Positions 1 through 7,247 of a DNA stretch of 19,197 nt are shown here, piece after piece. The notes below the pieces were generated by a model. That model was not told the origin of the DNA. It saw nothing but the letters and a program-made list of their open reading frames with translations, and made no database searches. A program made the translations under genes and the position numbers. Origin of the DNA: a virus (lineage: Duplodnaviria; Heunggongvirae; Uroviricota; Caudoviricetes); IMG/VR virus record IMGVR_UViG_2667527789_000020, positions 1-19,197 of that record; one strand, 5' to 3'. Numbering within the stretch: the stretch's first letter is position 1; every line of letters starts with the position of its first letter.

Positions 1-1020
1 CTACTTGCTGACCACAAGTGGCAAATCCAGTGTCGGCGTGATTTTTGTTTTACGATCATAAATCAACACCTGATTTTCTGTTTTATGTCCACTGAAAATC
101 TGTTTGTCGCGACTGCTTCCTTCGTAATCTGATATTCCTTTGGCTTTTATGTCATGGAAATTGCACCCAAACGGGACGCCGGATTTTTTCTCGGCTGCGT
201 GTTTAGCCTGGTTCCACCAGTTGTTTAGCGTTTTAGCTATGACCTTCCCGCCCTTGGTTGTGTTGATCACATATTCACATGTGCCTGAAGATACATTTCT
301 GGCTAACTGGATCGCGGTTCGTAATCGTGGAGACCATTCCTTGATTTGTTTGGTGCCGGTCTTGTTTTGCTCAATGTAGATTCCTTTATCCATAATATCC
401 TGCCATTTCAGCTCGAGCACATCACCGAGTCTTGCCGCACAAAGATAGGATATCTCCATTGCAATGCGTAACTGTGGTATTGCTTCCGCATATATCGCCG
501 CATACTGTTCATCTGTGATGTAAACAGTGCGGGCTTTAAGCGTAAATTTCCTGACTCCTTTGCATGGGTTATTCTTCACATATCCACGCTCATATCCCCA
601 CCCGTATACACGACTGAGACTTGCCAGTTCATGGTTTGCCTGGGTCTTGCTCTCAATCCCCCGTTTATCCATGAAAATTCTTACCTGCTCAATTTTTACA
701 TTATCAGCCAGTACTTTTCCGAAGACTGCCAGTAACGCCCTCTGATGTTGCCGATAATCTTTTTGGGTTCTGGGGGCCAGTTCTGTAAATGCGGGGGAAT
801 CCATAAACATGTGCCATAATTTAGCGACGGTCATTATGTTGTGGCGTTTTGCTTTTTCCAGTTCATAATTCTGCCAGACTTTAGCTATGCTGGTTTCCCG
901 CACTCTTCCTAGCCCTATAGTTTTTGTGCTTCCTTCGGGTTTCCATACGTAACTGTAACCATTCGATCTAACACGTGGCGGTAGTGCATTATCTTTTTTG
1001 TTTTTTCTTGGTCTTCCCAT
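1..1020 (-). CDS. int: Tyrosine recombinase, lambda-Int family phage integrase (339 aa)
   Basis: Complete ORF. N-terminus MGRPRKNKKD...PPRVRSNGYSY...GLGRVRE parallels the lambda Int arm-binding domain. C-terminal half carries the catalytic Arg (AARLGD), an HDIK box and GHKTE...VLIYDR containing the nucleophilic Tyr. Sits at the prophage end followed by an overlapping xis-like gene. Confidence 0.93.
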   Translation of the reverse strand: MGRPRKNKKDNALPPRVRSNGYSYVWKPEGSTKTIGLGRVRETSIAKVWQNYELEKAKRHNIMTVAKLWHMFMDSPAFTELAPRTQKDYRQHQRALLAVFGKVLADNVKIEQVRIFMDKRGIESKTQANHELASLSRVYGWGYERGYVKNNPCKGVRKFTLKARTVYITDEQYAAIYAEAIPQLRIAMEISYLCAARLGDVLELKWQDIMDKGIYIEQNKTGTKQIKEWSPRLRTAIQLARNVSSGTCEYVINTTKGGKVIAKTLNNWWNQAKHAAEKKSGVPFGCNFHDIKAKGISDYEGSSRDKQIFSGHKTENQVLIYDRKTKITPTLDLPLVVSK

Positions 1021-1240
1021 TGTTCAGCGCCTCAAAATCGGGGTCAGCAGAAACCAGTTCAGATACTTTCGGTATCGCAGTCAGTCCGCGCGGGACATCA
1101 CTGCGAAGAACTATTGGTTCGTTTTTAGGACCGGGTACAAATGGGATACCGTGCAACCTTAACTGTTGTTGCTGTTTTGTATACCGTTCGTATCTCGTGA
1201 TCTCTTGAATTTCTGCTGGCGATAGAGTTAATTCGTACAT
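989..1240 (-). CDS. Putative excisionase / recombination directionality factor (83 aa)
   Basis: ATG at 1240; small basic protein with a K/R-rich C-terminus whose 3' end overlaps the int start by 32 bp, the classic xis-int arrangement. No recognisable similarity to lambda Xis, so the call rests on position only. Confidence 0.45.
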   Translation of the reverse strand: MYELTLSPAEIQEITRYERYTKQQQQLRLHGIPFVPGPKNEPIVLRSDVPRGLTAIPKVSELVSADPDFEALNNGKTKKKQKR

Positions 1241-1306
1241 GTGGTCACGTGCCTTACAGCATGACCGCCGCCACTATAGCTTGTGGGCGGCGATATGGGT
1301 TGAACA

Positions 1307-3745
1307 TTAAAAATCAGCCTGATTCGGGAACAGTTTTTGCCAGATAGCTGAAACGTATTTTGCCTGGTAACGCGCATCGTGCAGGGCATTATGGCGTTCA
1401 CCCTCAAATGTGATGACACTTCGAGCATCGAAATCCATCACCAGCCCCAGGGCAACAATCGTTCTTACATCACGATCATTGGTGTAACGCCACGGGCAGG
1501 GGATCTCCTGCCGTTCATATGAACGGCGTAAAATCACGTTGTCGAAGTTGGCTCCATTTCCCCAGACCTGAACAAAAAACTCACCGGAGTTTTCGTCTAT
1601 AAATTCCCGTAATTGTAAAAGCGCATCATCAAGCGGTATTCGATCAGCTAAAATGGCGGCACGGGCTTCGCCAGAGCGTTGAAGCCACCATTCGATGGTG
1701 CTTATGTCTACAGTGCCGCCACATGTACCCATATCAATTATTTTGCTGAATTCAGGCCCCTGCTCTCCGGTTTGTGGATCGAAAAATACAGCGCCTATTG
1801 AGGCTATTGGTGCGTCAGGATTTTTGCCCATTGTTTCAAGGTCAATCATCAGATGGTGCCACAACCTGCTGGTGGATGTGATTTCACGATGACCGTTCAC
1901 CTTAATTAAGGGATTTGCTGTCTCGCCTGTTTCATTATTGCCATTGGCATGTTGATCGCCTTCGGTGCACTCCTTGTTCGGGAGTCCGGCACTTTCCATT
2001 TCCTCCGGATCTTTTTCCCGGGCTTCATCCTGGCTTTCTTCGTTGAATGTCTCCTGGTAGGTTGCGTCCCCCATCACTGCGCCACAATCAGGGCAGTTAC
2101 CACCACCAGTCTGATTGCATGCGGTACAAACTTTTTCCTCTTCCTGTTGCACTACTGGTTCAGGTTGTTTCGTTTCTGGCTCGTTTTGTAACGCATTTGG
2201 GCTGTTTTGTTCCGCTTTCTGACCGTTCTGTTCCGTTTCTTGCTGGTTCTGGTTCACAGAATCGCAGGTTTCAATCCCCTTAACCCATTTCGAATCATTC
2301 GGGTCGCTAATCCCTTCAACAAACTCACCACGAGAAGCGGCAAGCAATTTGTCGGCATCTGGTCGACTGATGTCTGCTGCCTCCATAATTTTATTTACTT
2401 CTTCAGCAGTAACTTTTACCTGTGACTTGTCATCCAGCGGCTGCGGGTCCTGATGATGTTCAACTGTATCCGCTGCCATTGTTTCAGCCGTTGCCTGTTC
2501 ATCTGCCATTGCGCCAGATGGTTGCGGGTTTTCTTCATCATTTTTTTCTTCTTCTGTTTTGCACTCAGCAGCCAGTCCGCCGTTAATTTCTTCCAGGATA
2601 TCTTTTTCCGGTGTATGCCGGGCAGCCATGAGCGTTTCAGCTGTGGGATTCTCGTGATCAGTTTCTGTCAGGTTGGCATTGATATACCCCTGAAGGCGTC
2701 CCGGGTAGTGATAAAACTCAGGGTGGGCGCTCCGGATAAGTGCAAAAATAGCTGCGCGGGAATAGTCCAGGATACCAGGGGTTGCGCGAAGTGCTGCGGA
2801 CCATTCCCTGAACGGACTTTCTTTTTTCAGGACGATTTCTTTTGCGCGACGATAAACGCTCACGGGTATTTCATAAATATTAAAATCCATCGGAAGTGTG
2901 GCTGCTGCAGCCTCCACATCCAGAGTATCGAGGGTGTGTACTAAGTCAGGATTACGATCGGTTTTATTTCCGCCACCGGCATTTGCACCGGAAGCCGTGC
3001 GGGTGATGCGAGAAACACGATTTCCTTTCATCCACTCTTTTGTCAGCAGACCTCGATCGGTATAGTCAGCGTCCAGGTATGCTTCGAAAAAAGCAGTCAT
3101 TAACCCCAGACTGGAATTAACGGGATTAGGGAAAACTTTGTCTGTGTCGCGTACCAGTTTGTGAAGGTCGCGAATCTCCAGCGGGTCGAGCAGCTTTGTG
3201 TTGTGGGAAATAGCCAGGGTAGTAACAGCCGGCAGTTCTTCAGCTCGTGCGATATGTAATGCCTGAAGTTCTTCCCGTGAAACGTGCGTTACCGGTTTTT
3301 CGCTGCCATGTTGCGCAAGCCAGCGAATGGGCAGTTCCTGACCGGAAATCGGCAGGAGCATATTATCCTCAATCTCAGCCATGTCTTCGCCATTGACGTT
3401 GGTATTGTCAGTGCTGGCTGGTTTGTCCTGAACTGAGGGGGAAGGCGCTATAAATATCATTGTGATGCCATCTTCCCCGCCTTTTTCATAGCGGTTGCAG
3501 AATTCGGTATCAAACACGCCTTCCGGTGGAAGGTCATTCACAACGGGGAAATGGACGCGGACAGGTTTTTTGAAATCATCAGCGTCGTAGCCTGCCTCGT
3601 CCATTGCAACAACGCACCGTGAGATGGCAACAGATAATTTTTTTGCTGTAGTCCAGTAAAAACCCCCTTTAATCCCAAGGCGTTTTCTGACCTTGTCATT
3701 TTTTGCTTCGCAATATAGCGAAAATTCTTCTTTATCAGTGCTCAT
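1307..3745 (-). CDS. Large prophage exonuclease (812 aa): RecE-N-terminal-like region, CxxC-x8-CxxC zinc ribbon, C-terminal DEDDh (DnaQ-like) 3'-5' exonuclease domain
   Basis: ATG at 3745 preceded by GAGG with 7-nt spacer. C-terminal domain shows Exo I (MIDLETMG), Exo II (VWGNGANFDNVIL) and Exo III (HNALHDARYQAKY) motifs. Central Cys cluster CTACNQTGGGNCPDCG. N-terminal part (NTNVNGEDM.EIE.NMLLPISGQELPIRWLAQHGSEKPVTHVSR) resembles, from memory, the dispensable N-terminal region of Rac RecE. Confidence 0.8.
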   Translation of the reverse strand: MSTDKEEFSLYCEAKNDKVRKRLGIKGGFYWTTAKKLSVAISRCVVAMDEAGYDADDFKKPVRVHFPVVNDLPPEGVFDTEFCNRYEKGGEDGITMIFIAPSPSVQDKPASTDNTNVNGEDMAEIEDNMLLPISGQELPIRWLAQHGSEKPVTHVSREELQALHIARAEELPAVTTLAISHNTKLLDPLEIRDLHKLVRDTDKVFPNPVNSSLGLMTAFFEAYLDADYTDRGLLTKEWMKGNRVSRITRTASGANAGGGNKTDRNPDLVHTLDTLDVEAAAATLPMDFNIYEIPVSVYRRAKEIVLKKESPFREWSAALRATPGILDYSRAAIFALIRSAHPEFYHYPGRLQGYINANLTETDHENPTAETLMAARHTPEKDILEEINGGLAAECKTEEEKNDEENPQPSGAMADEQATAETMAADTVEHHQDPQPLDDKSQVKVTAEEVNKIMEAADISRPDADKLLAASRGEFVEGISDPNDSKWVKGIETCDSVNQNQQETEQNGQKAEQNSPNALQNEPETKQPEPVVQQEEEKVCTACNQTGGGNCPDCGAVMGDATYQETFNEESQDEAREKDPEEMESAGLPNKECTEGDQHANGNNETGETANPLIKVNGHREITSTSRLWHHLMIDLETMGKNPDAPIASIGAVFFDPQTGEQGPEFSKIIDMGTCGGTVDISTIEWWLQRSGEARAAILADRIPLDDALLQLREFIDENSGEFFVQVWGNGANFDNVILRRSYERQEIPCPWRYTNDRDVRTIVALGLVMDFDARSVITFEGERHNALHDARYQAKYVSAIWQKLFPNQADF

Positions 3746-3837
3746 GGATAAACCTCATAACTATTTTAAGGTTGTACGAACCCCTGCCATTGCTGGCATG
3801 CTTAATCAACGGGTATGGCGTTAATATGGCTGGTGGA

Positions 3838-4026
3838 TTATCCAGCCGGTATTTCGTTATTCAGGTACAGCGATACTTTTTTTAACGGGAGGCATTCGCC
3901 AGAAATTTTTTGCTCGTCTCTTGCACGGAGGCATGATTCTTTACTGGCATAAATTCCGGTAATCACATTCTGTGGCTCACCCGTTATAAGAAAAACAGTC
4001 ATTACCAGTGCAAATGCAGAAGTCAC
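3838..4026 (-). CDS. Small hypothetical protein with a hydrophobic N-terminal segment (YdfD-like position after dicB)
   Basis: GTG at 4026 overlaps the dicB-like stop (GTGA); alternative in-frame ATG at 4002. Hydrophobic stretch FALVMTVFLITG. Same strand and tightly coupled within the leftward operon. Identity unknown. Confidence 0.35.
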   Translation of the reverse strand: MTSAFALVMTVFLITGEPQNVITGIYASKESCLRARDEQKISGECLPLKKVSLYLNNEIPAG

Positions 4027-4211
4027 TGCTGCCCCCCGAAAATACCAAGTTTAAGAAGGGCAATTCTGGAGAGTATGGAATTATCATTGAGAAGATAAGG
4101 CTCATATTTTCTCATCTTAATGGCATCTTCAGTAAACTCCCGGTTACTGAGCAGAATACCAATATCAAAACACCCTTCAGACGTATTAACGTTTGGTAAT
4201 AACGTTTCCAT
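4023..4211 (-). CDS. dicB: Cell-division inhibitor DicB homolog (62 aa)
   Basis: METLLPNVNTSEGCFDIGILLSNREFTEDAI... closely matches the N-terminal half of E. coli Qin DicB as I recall it (MKTLLPNVNTSEGCFEIG...FTEDAI), and the length is identical. ATG at 4211 preceded by GAGGA with a 7-nt spacer. Confidence 0.75.
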   Translation of the reverse strand: METLLPNVNTSEGCFDIGILLSNREFTEDAIKMRKYEPYLLNDNSILSRIALLKLGIFGGQQ

Positions 4212-4221
4212 TATCGCGTCC

Positions 4222-4806
4222 TCAACAATGAATTTTTAGTAATTGCTCCACAGTCATATTTTTAATTGCGCTCCGGTTTACAAGAGTCCAGCCTTGTTTC
4301 TCCAGATAAAACTGGAAGGTATCCAGGGTGCAGACCATTGCACCATCAGGAACGGTTTCAGTGAATTTGATATTGCCGTGTTCGTCGAGACGGATAACCA
4401 GGGTACGTCCGTCCCCGTGAATCATTTTGTCGGGAGACGGGGCGTTATTCTGGCGCAGTTCTTTCTCCATGCGATCGAACTCAGCGATGTAGGCTTCTTT
4501 AAATGCAGCGGCTTTTTTGCCGGTGAAGCCCATCACCAGGAAAACGAAGCCGTTTTTGGTGATTTGGTACATAGGGAGTTTGCGCCCGGTTGAGTCGGTA
4601 TATTCACTGGGCGAAAAATTTCGCTCAGTGAATTCTGCTGAACAGTCTAGACGTGAAATTTTTGCCAGTACATCTTTGTGTGGTTTCCGGAAATACTCGG
4701 CAACAGCTAAAGAGGATGTAACAGCACGCCCATTGGCGATAGTAATTTCAGGGTGAGAAAGGGCAGGGATAGTAGCCATGATGGCAGCCTCCATGATGAA
4801 TTTCAT
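4222..4806 (-). CDS. Rha-family phage regulatory protein (antirepressor-like)
   Basis: Core ITIANGRAVTSSLAVAEYFRKPHKDVLAKISRL...MYQITKNGFVFLVMGFTGKKAAAFKEAYIAEF is typical of the Phage_pRha domain. The six-frame ORF extends to 5073 but the first ~90 codons are compositionally non-protein-like and contain a terminator-like hairpin. Likely start is ATG at 4806 (SD-like GGTGGTGAG upstream) or ATG at 4779 (GGAGG, 8-nt spacer). Confidence 0.7.
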   Translation of the reverse strand: MKFIMEAAIMATIPALSHPEITIANGRAVTSSLAVAEYFRKPHKDVLAKISRLDCSAEFTERNFSPSEYTDSTGRKLPMYQITKNGFVFLVMGFTGKKAAAFKEAYIAEFDRMEKELRQNNAPSPDKMIHGDGRTLVIRLDEHGNIKFTETVPDGAMVCTLDTFQFYLEKQGWTLVNRSAIKNMTVEQLLKIHC

Positions 4807-4943
4807 TAACTCACCACCGGAGGTAGCAATCTCATGGGTGGTGAGACGCACAGGGTTGCTACAACCGGTCATCATGGAACCCGGCCAGCCTTGCGGCTGC
4901 CCTGCACGCCCCACCATAATCTGAATGTGGCTGTGCATTACGC

Positions 4944-4968
4944 ATAAAAAAACCGCCTGAGCGCGGTT
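4944..4968 (-). terminator. Candidate Rho-independent terminator on the minus strand
   Basis: Minus-strand RNA would form AACCGC / GCGGTT stem (6 bp, 6-nt loop) followed by a 7-U run (plus-strand A7 at 4946-4952). Lies between the DicF-like element and the Rha start. Confidence 0.4.
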
Positions 4969-5264
4969 ATGCGCCATGATGAACATCGGGGTAGCAATCC
5001 CGGCACCCGCTTTATGAGGTGCAGGTGCACTATAATTCCACCCGTTCTGGTTTTCAATAGCTACATTCAACATTTTCTCTTACCTTTCATCACCGAAGTG
5101 AACTTTGTCGATGCAGTGCCTGGTGCCTCCAGGTGACGTTAACCAGTTAACAATTAACGCCGGAATACAGAAGTATGCCCGTTACGCCCCGTAAAAGACC
5201 ACTTTACGGTTTTAACTGTTCCGCGTGCGCTTAGCCGCATTCACCGCATCACAAAATTCACTTT

Positions 5265-5322
5265 AAAAAGGGCGGACATCAGAAAGCTAATAAACTGATG
5301 CCGCCAAAGGTACCACTGCCAT
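5265..5322 (-). ncRNA. dicF: DicF-like small RNA candidate with intrinsic terminator
   Basis: Minus-strand transcript ...ACCUUUGGCGGCAUCAG-UUUAUUAGCUUU-CUGAUGUCCGCC-CUUUUU: an 11-bp GC-rich stem (one bulge), 12-nt loop and U5 tail. The UUUGGCGG.AUCAGUUU and CCGCCCUUUUU segments resemble E. coli DicF as I recall it. Lies in the same operon and upstream of the dicB homolog, as in Qin. The 5' end is not defined. Confidence 0.45.
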
Positions 5323-5590
5323 TGAAACATGGAGATGTTGTGGCGGGGTTGTCACTCAGGCATATGGTCAACCTGACAACCCGGTGTCCTCAATGAGGGG
5401 AAAAGAAATAAAAACCCCCAGCCATATTTACCGCCGCGCCATTTCGCGGATTGCCACAACCGGAAGCACACGGTCGAAGAAATCTAACGACAAGCCTTCT
5501 AAGGGAAAGAGCTTCGCCGTGCGCTTTCGTGTTATACCCTGACTTTTCAGGGTAAATTAACCAGTGGCAACCTGTTTTTACTGGTGCTAA

Positions 5591-5743
5591 TCAGTTAGTG
5601 TTTCTGGCTAACCAGCGACGCGCGCCAGCTTCGGTTTTAAACTTTTTACTTTTGGTATACGTCATCGCGGTAAACGTGCCGTCCTGGTTAGGGAACACAC
5701 CACATACCAGAGATTCGTTGTTGCCAAGATTGAGCGTATCCAT
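5591..5743 (-). CDS. Small protein (50 aa), YdfA/YdaF-like (DUF1391-like) first gene of the leftward operon
   Basis: ATG at 5743 preceded by GAGG with a 5-nt spacer (TGAGGTCAACATG). The six-frame ORF extends to 5797, but that upstream start has no RBS. Product MDTLNLGNNESLVCGVFPNQDGTFTAMTYTKSKKFKTEAGARRWLARNTN. Family assignment is from position and vague recall only. Confidence 0.5.
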   Translation of the reverse strand: MDTLNLGNNESLVCGVFPNQDGTFTAMTYTKSKKFKTEAGARRWLARNTN

Positions 5744-5923
5744 GTTGACCTCATTTCCCCTTAACGCCGGGGTAGCGGAACAAAAAACCTGCTGCATAGT
5801 TAAACGTAATCCCCGCCGTCATGTTCATACGCCTCAGGCTGGCTACTTAACCCCTGACCACTGCCGGGTAACTCGAAGTATTGCCCTGCGTTCTGTGGGG
5901 CGGGGTGGGTTTATGGATACAAT

Positions 5924-6006
5924 TTACAAATTAAAATTTAACTGGTCAACATGTTTATTATTAAATTTGTAATTGCGAGCTGTTGCATTAGTCCCAAAAT
6001 GGGACT
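5924..6006. promoter_or_regulatory. Candidate operator/promoter region (OL-like, divergent leftward promoter and higBA promoter)
   Basis: AT-rich. Inverted repeat TTACAAATT (5924-5932) / AATTTGTAA (5964-5972), and a second perfect palindrome AGTCCCA-aaa-TGGGACT (5990-6006) immediately upstream of higB. The TTACAAAT half-site recurs in the repressor/cro intergenic region. Confidence 0.4.
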
Positions 6007-6017
6007 ACTATACAGTT

Positions 6018-6320
6018 ATGAAGATTATCTCAGTTAAAACACTCAGGGATTTTTGGGCGGAGAATCCTGATGCAGAACAACCGCTAAGGGCATGGGTGGA
6101 TGAGGCGGCAAAAGCTGACTGGAAAAGCCCAGCAGACATTAAGGCACAATACCGAACGGCCAGTATATTGAAAAACCGGCGCGTGGTATTCAACATAAAA
6201 GGTAATCATTACCGTTTAATTGTTGCAATTGCGTATCAGCGAGGATGGGTATTTGTTAAATTCATCGGAAACCACAAGGAATACGATGCTATTGATGCTG
6301 ATACCATCGAACTGGAGTAA
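6018..6320 (+). CDS. higB: Type II toxin HigB (RelE/ParE superfamily mRNA interferase), 100 aa
   Basis: ...VVFNIKGNHYRLIVAIAYQRGWVFVKFIGNHKEYD parallels E. coli HigB (VFNVGGNELRVVAMV...HKEYD). Directly followed by an HTH antitoxin gene 2 bp downstream. The six-frame ORF starts at a TTG at 5973; ATG 6018 is preferred. Confidence 0.85.
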   Translation: MKIISVKTLRDFWAENPDAEQPLRAWVDEAAKADWKSPADIKAQYRTASILKNRRVVFNIKGNHYRLIVAIAYQRGWVFVKFIGNHKEYDAIDADTIELE

Positions 6321-6322
6321 GC

Positions 6323-6682
6323 ATGAACATCAAACCTATTCGTACAGAGCAAGATTATGAAGCCGCGTTGCGTGCTGTTGAACCCATGTTCGACAATGAG
6401 CCCGAAATTGACACGCCTGAGGGGGATTTTTTTGAGGTGATGTGTTTGCTAATAGAGGAATATGAAAAAAAACATTATCCCATTGAGCCACCATCCCCAA
6501 TTGAAGCTATAAGATTTCGCATGGAACAGCAGGGGCTGACTGTGAAAGATTTGGAACCCGCAATTGGGAAAAAAAATCGGGTTTATGAGGTGTTGAATGG
6601 TACCAGAAGCCTTACGTTACCAATGATTCGCCGTCTTCATAATCAATTTGGTATCCCCCTGGAAAGCCTGGTTGGATTATAA
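6323..6682 (+). CDS. higA: Antitoxin HigA (XRE-family HTH), 119 aa
   Basis: Acidic N-terminal part and C-terminal HTH (LTVKDLEPAIGKKNRVYEVLNGTRSLTLPMIRRLHNQFGIPLESLV). Toxin-first gene order with a 2-bp spacing is typical of higBA. Confidence 0.85.
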   Translation: MNIKPIRTEQDYEAALRAVEPMFDNEPEIDTPEGDFFEVMCLLIEEYEKKHYPIEPPSPIEAIRFRMEQQGLTVKDLEPAIGKKNRVYEVLNGTRSLTLPMIRRLHNQFGIPLESLVGL

Positions 6683-6697
6683 AATCTGCTAGTCATT

Positions 6698-6746
6698 TGC
6701 CTGATGCTCGTTCCAGAAAAGGAATGCATCAGGCAGTTTTGTTTTT
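6698..6746 (+). terminator. Rho-independent terminator after higA (convergent with the repressor 3' end)
   Basis: TGCCTGATGC (6698-6707) pairs with GCATCAGGCA (6726-6735), with an inner TTCC/GGAA stem, followed by GTTTTGTTTTT. Overlaps the stop codon of the minus-strand repressor gene. Confidence 0.6.
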
Positions 6747-7121
6747 CTGCCGCAGTAACTCTTCAAGTTTCCGTTTATAGAAATCGCGTTTTTGCTCCAT
6801 ATCACGAATGATCTGCTCTGCGTCGCTTTGAGGTAACTCATCTAAAAGCGATATGATTTTTCGTTGTTGTTCTGTAAGTTGCGGTTGGTTGTCATTACTG
6901 GATACAGCCATTTTATCGCCGAGAGTTTCTTCTTCCATAAAGAACCAATGGACGGGATGTTGTGAGAGCTCTGCTAATTTTTCCAGTTTATCCATTCTTG
7001 GCATCACGCCTTTCAACCAACCTTGCACGGATTGGGGTTTTACACCAAGACGTCTTCCCAGCTCTGACTGGTTTATATTCAATTCCTGCAACACCTGCTG
7101 AAGGCGTTTTACAAAGATCAT
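6729..7121 (-). CDS. DicA-like prophage repressor (N-terminal XRE HTH, C-terminal coiled-coil), 130 aa
   Basis: HTH LQQVLQELNINQSELGRRLGVKPQSVQGWLKG, then a charged helical tail (EQQRKIISLLDELPQSDAEQIIRDMEQKRDFYKRKLEELLRQ) with the same architecture as DicA. No S24 peptidase domain. ATG at 7121 preferred (GAGGGG, 5-nt spacer) over the in-frame GTG at 7127. Divergent from the cro-like gene. Confidence 0.8.
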   Translation of the reverse strand: MIFVKRLQQVLQELNINQSELGRRLGVKPQSVQGWLKGVMPRMDKLEKLAELSQHPVHWFFMEEETLGDKMAVSSNDNQPQLTEQQRKIISLLDELPQSDAEQIIRDMEQKRDFYKRKLEELLRQKNKTA

Positions 7122-7176
7122 CACCACCCCTCGTAAACTAGTTCCGCGATCCTACAGAAAAAATTGATAAGTGGCA

Positions 7177-7214
7177 TTACAAATAGAAGTTGAAATTTAA
7201 ATTTAAATTTGTAA
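7177..7214. promoter_or_regulatory. Candidate operator (OR-like) in the repressor/cro divergent promoter region
   Basis: Inverted repeat TTACAAAT (7177-7184) / ATTTGTAA (7207-7214) flanking three tandem AAATTT units. Lies in the 126-bp intergenic space between the repressor start and the ydaS-like start. Confidence 0.4.
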
Positions 7215-7247
7215 TCATCGGTGTCATCGTAAAGTTCGGAGGGAAAC

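Noticed and set aside
1261-1300. Imperfect GC-rich hairpin (CGCCGCCAC...TGGGCGGCG) between xis and the exonuclease gene, considered as a terminator
   Set aside because: No U-run on either strand and a bulged stem; more likely incidental or a protein-binding site, and not assignable from sequence alone.
2453-2944. 163-aa plus-strand ORF and other plus-strand ORFs between 1695 and 2425
   Set aside because: Antisense to the 812-aa exonuclease gene; Cys/Phe-rich nonsense-like translation.
4807-5073. N-terminal ~90 codons of the 283-aa minus-strand ORF that contains the Rha gene
   Set aside because: Translation is H/M/C/G/P-rich and not protein-like, the stretch contains a terminator-like hairpin, and good RBS-ATG combinations exist at 4806 and 4779 just before the Rha domain.
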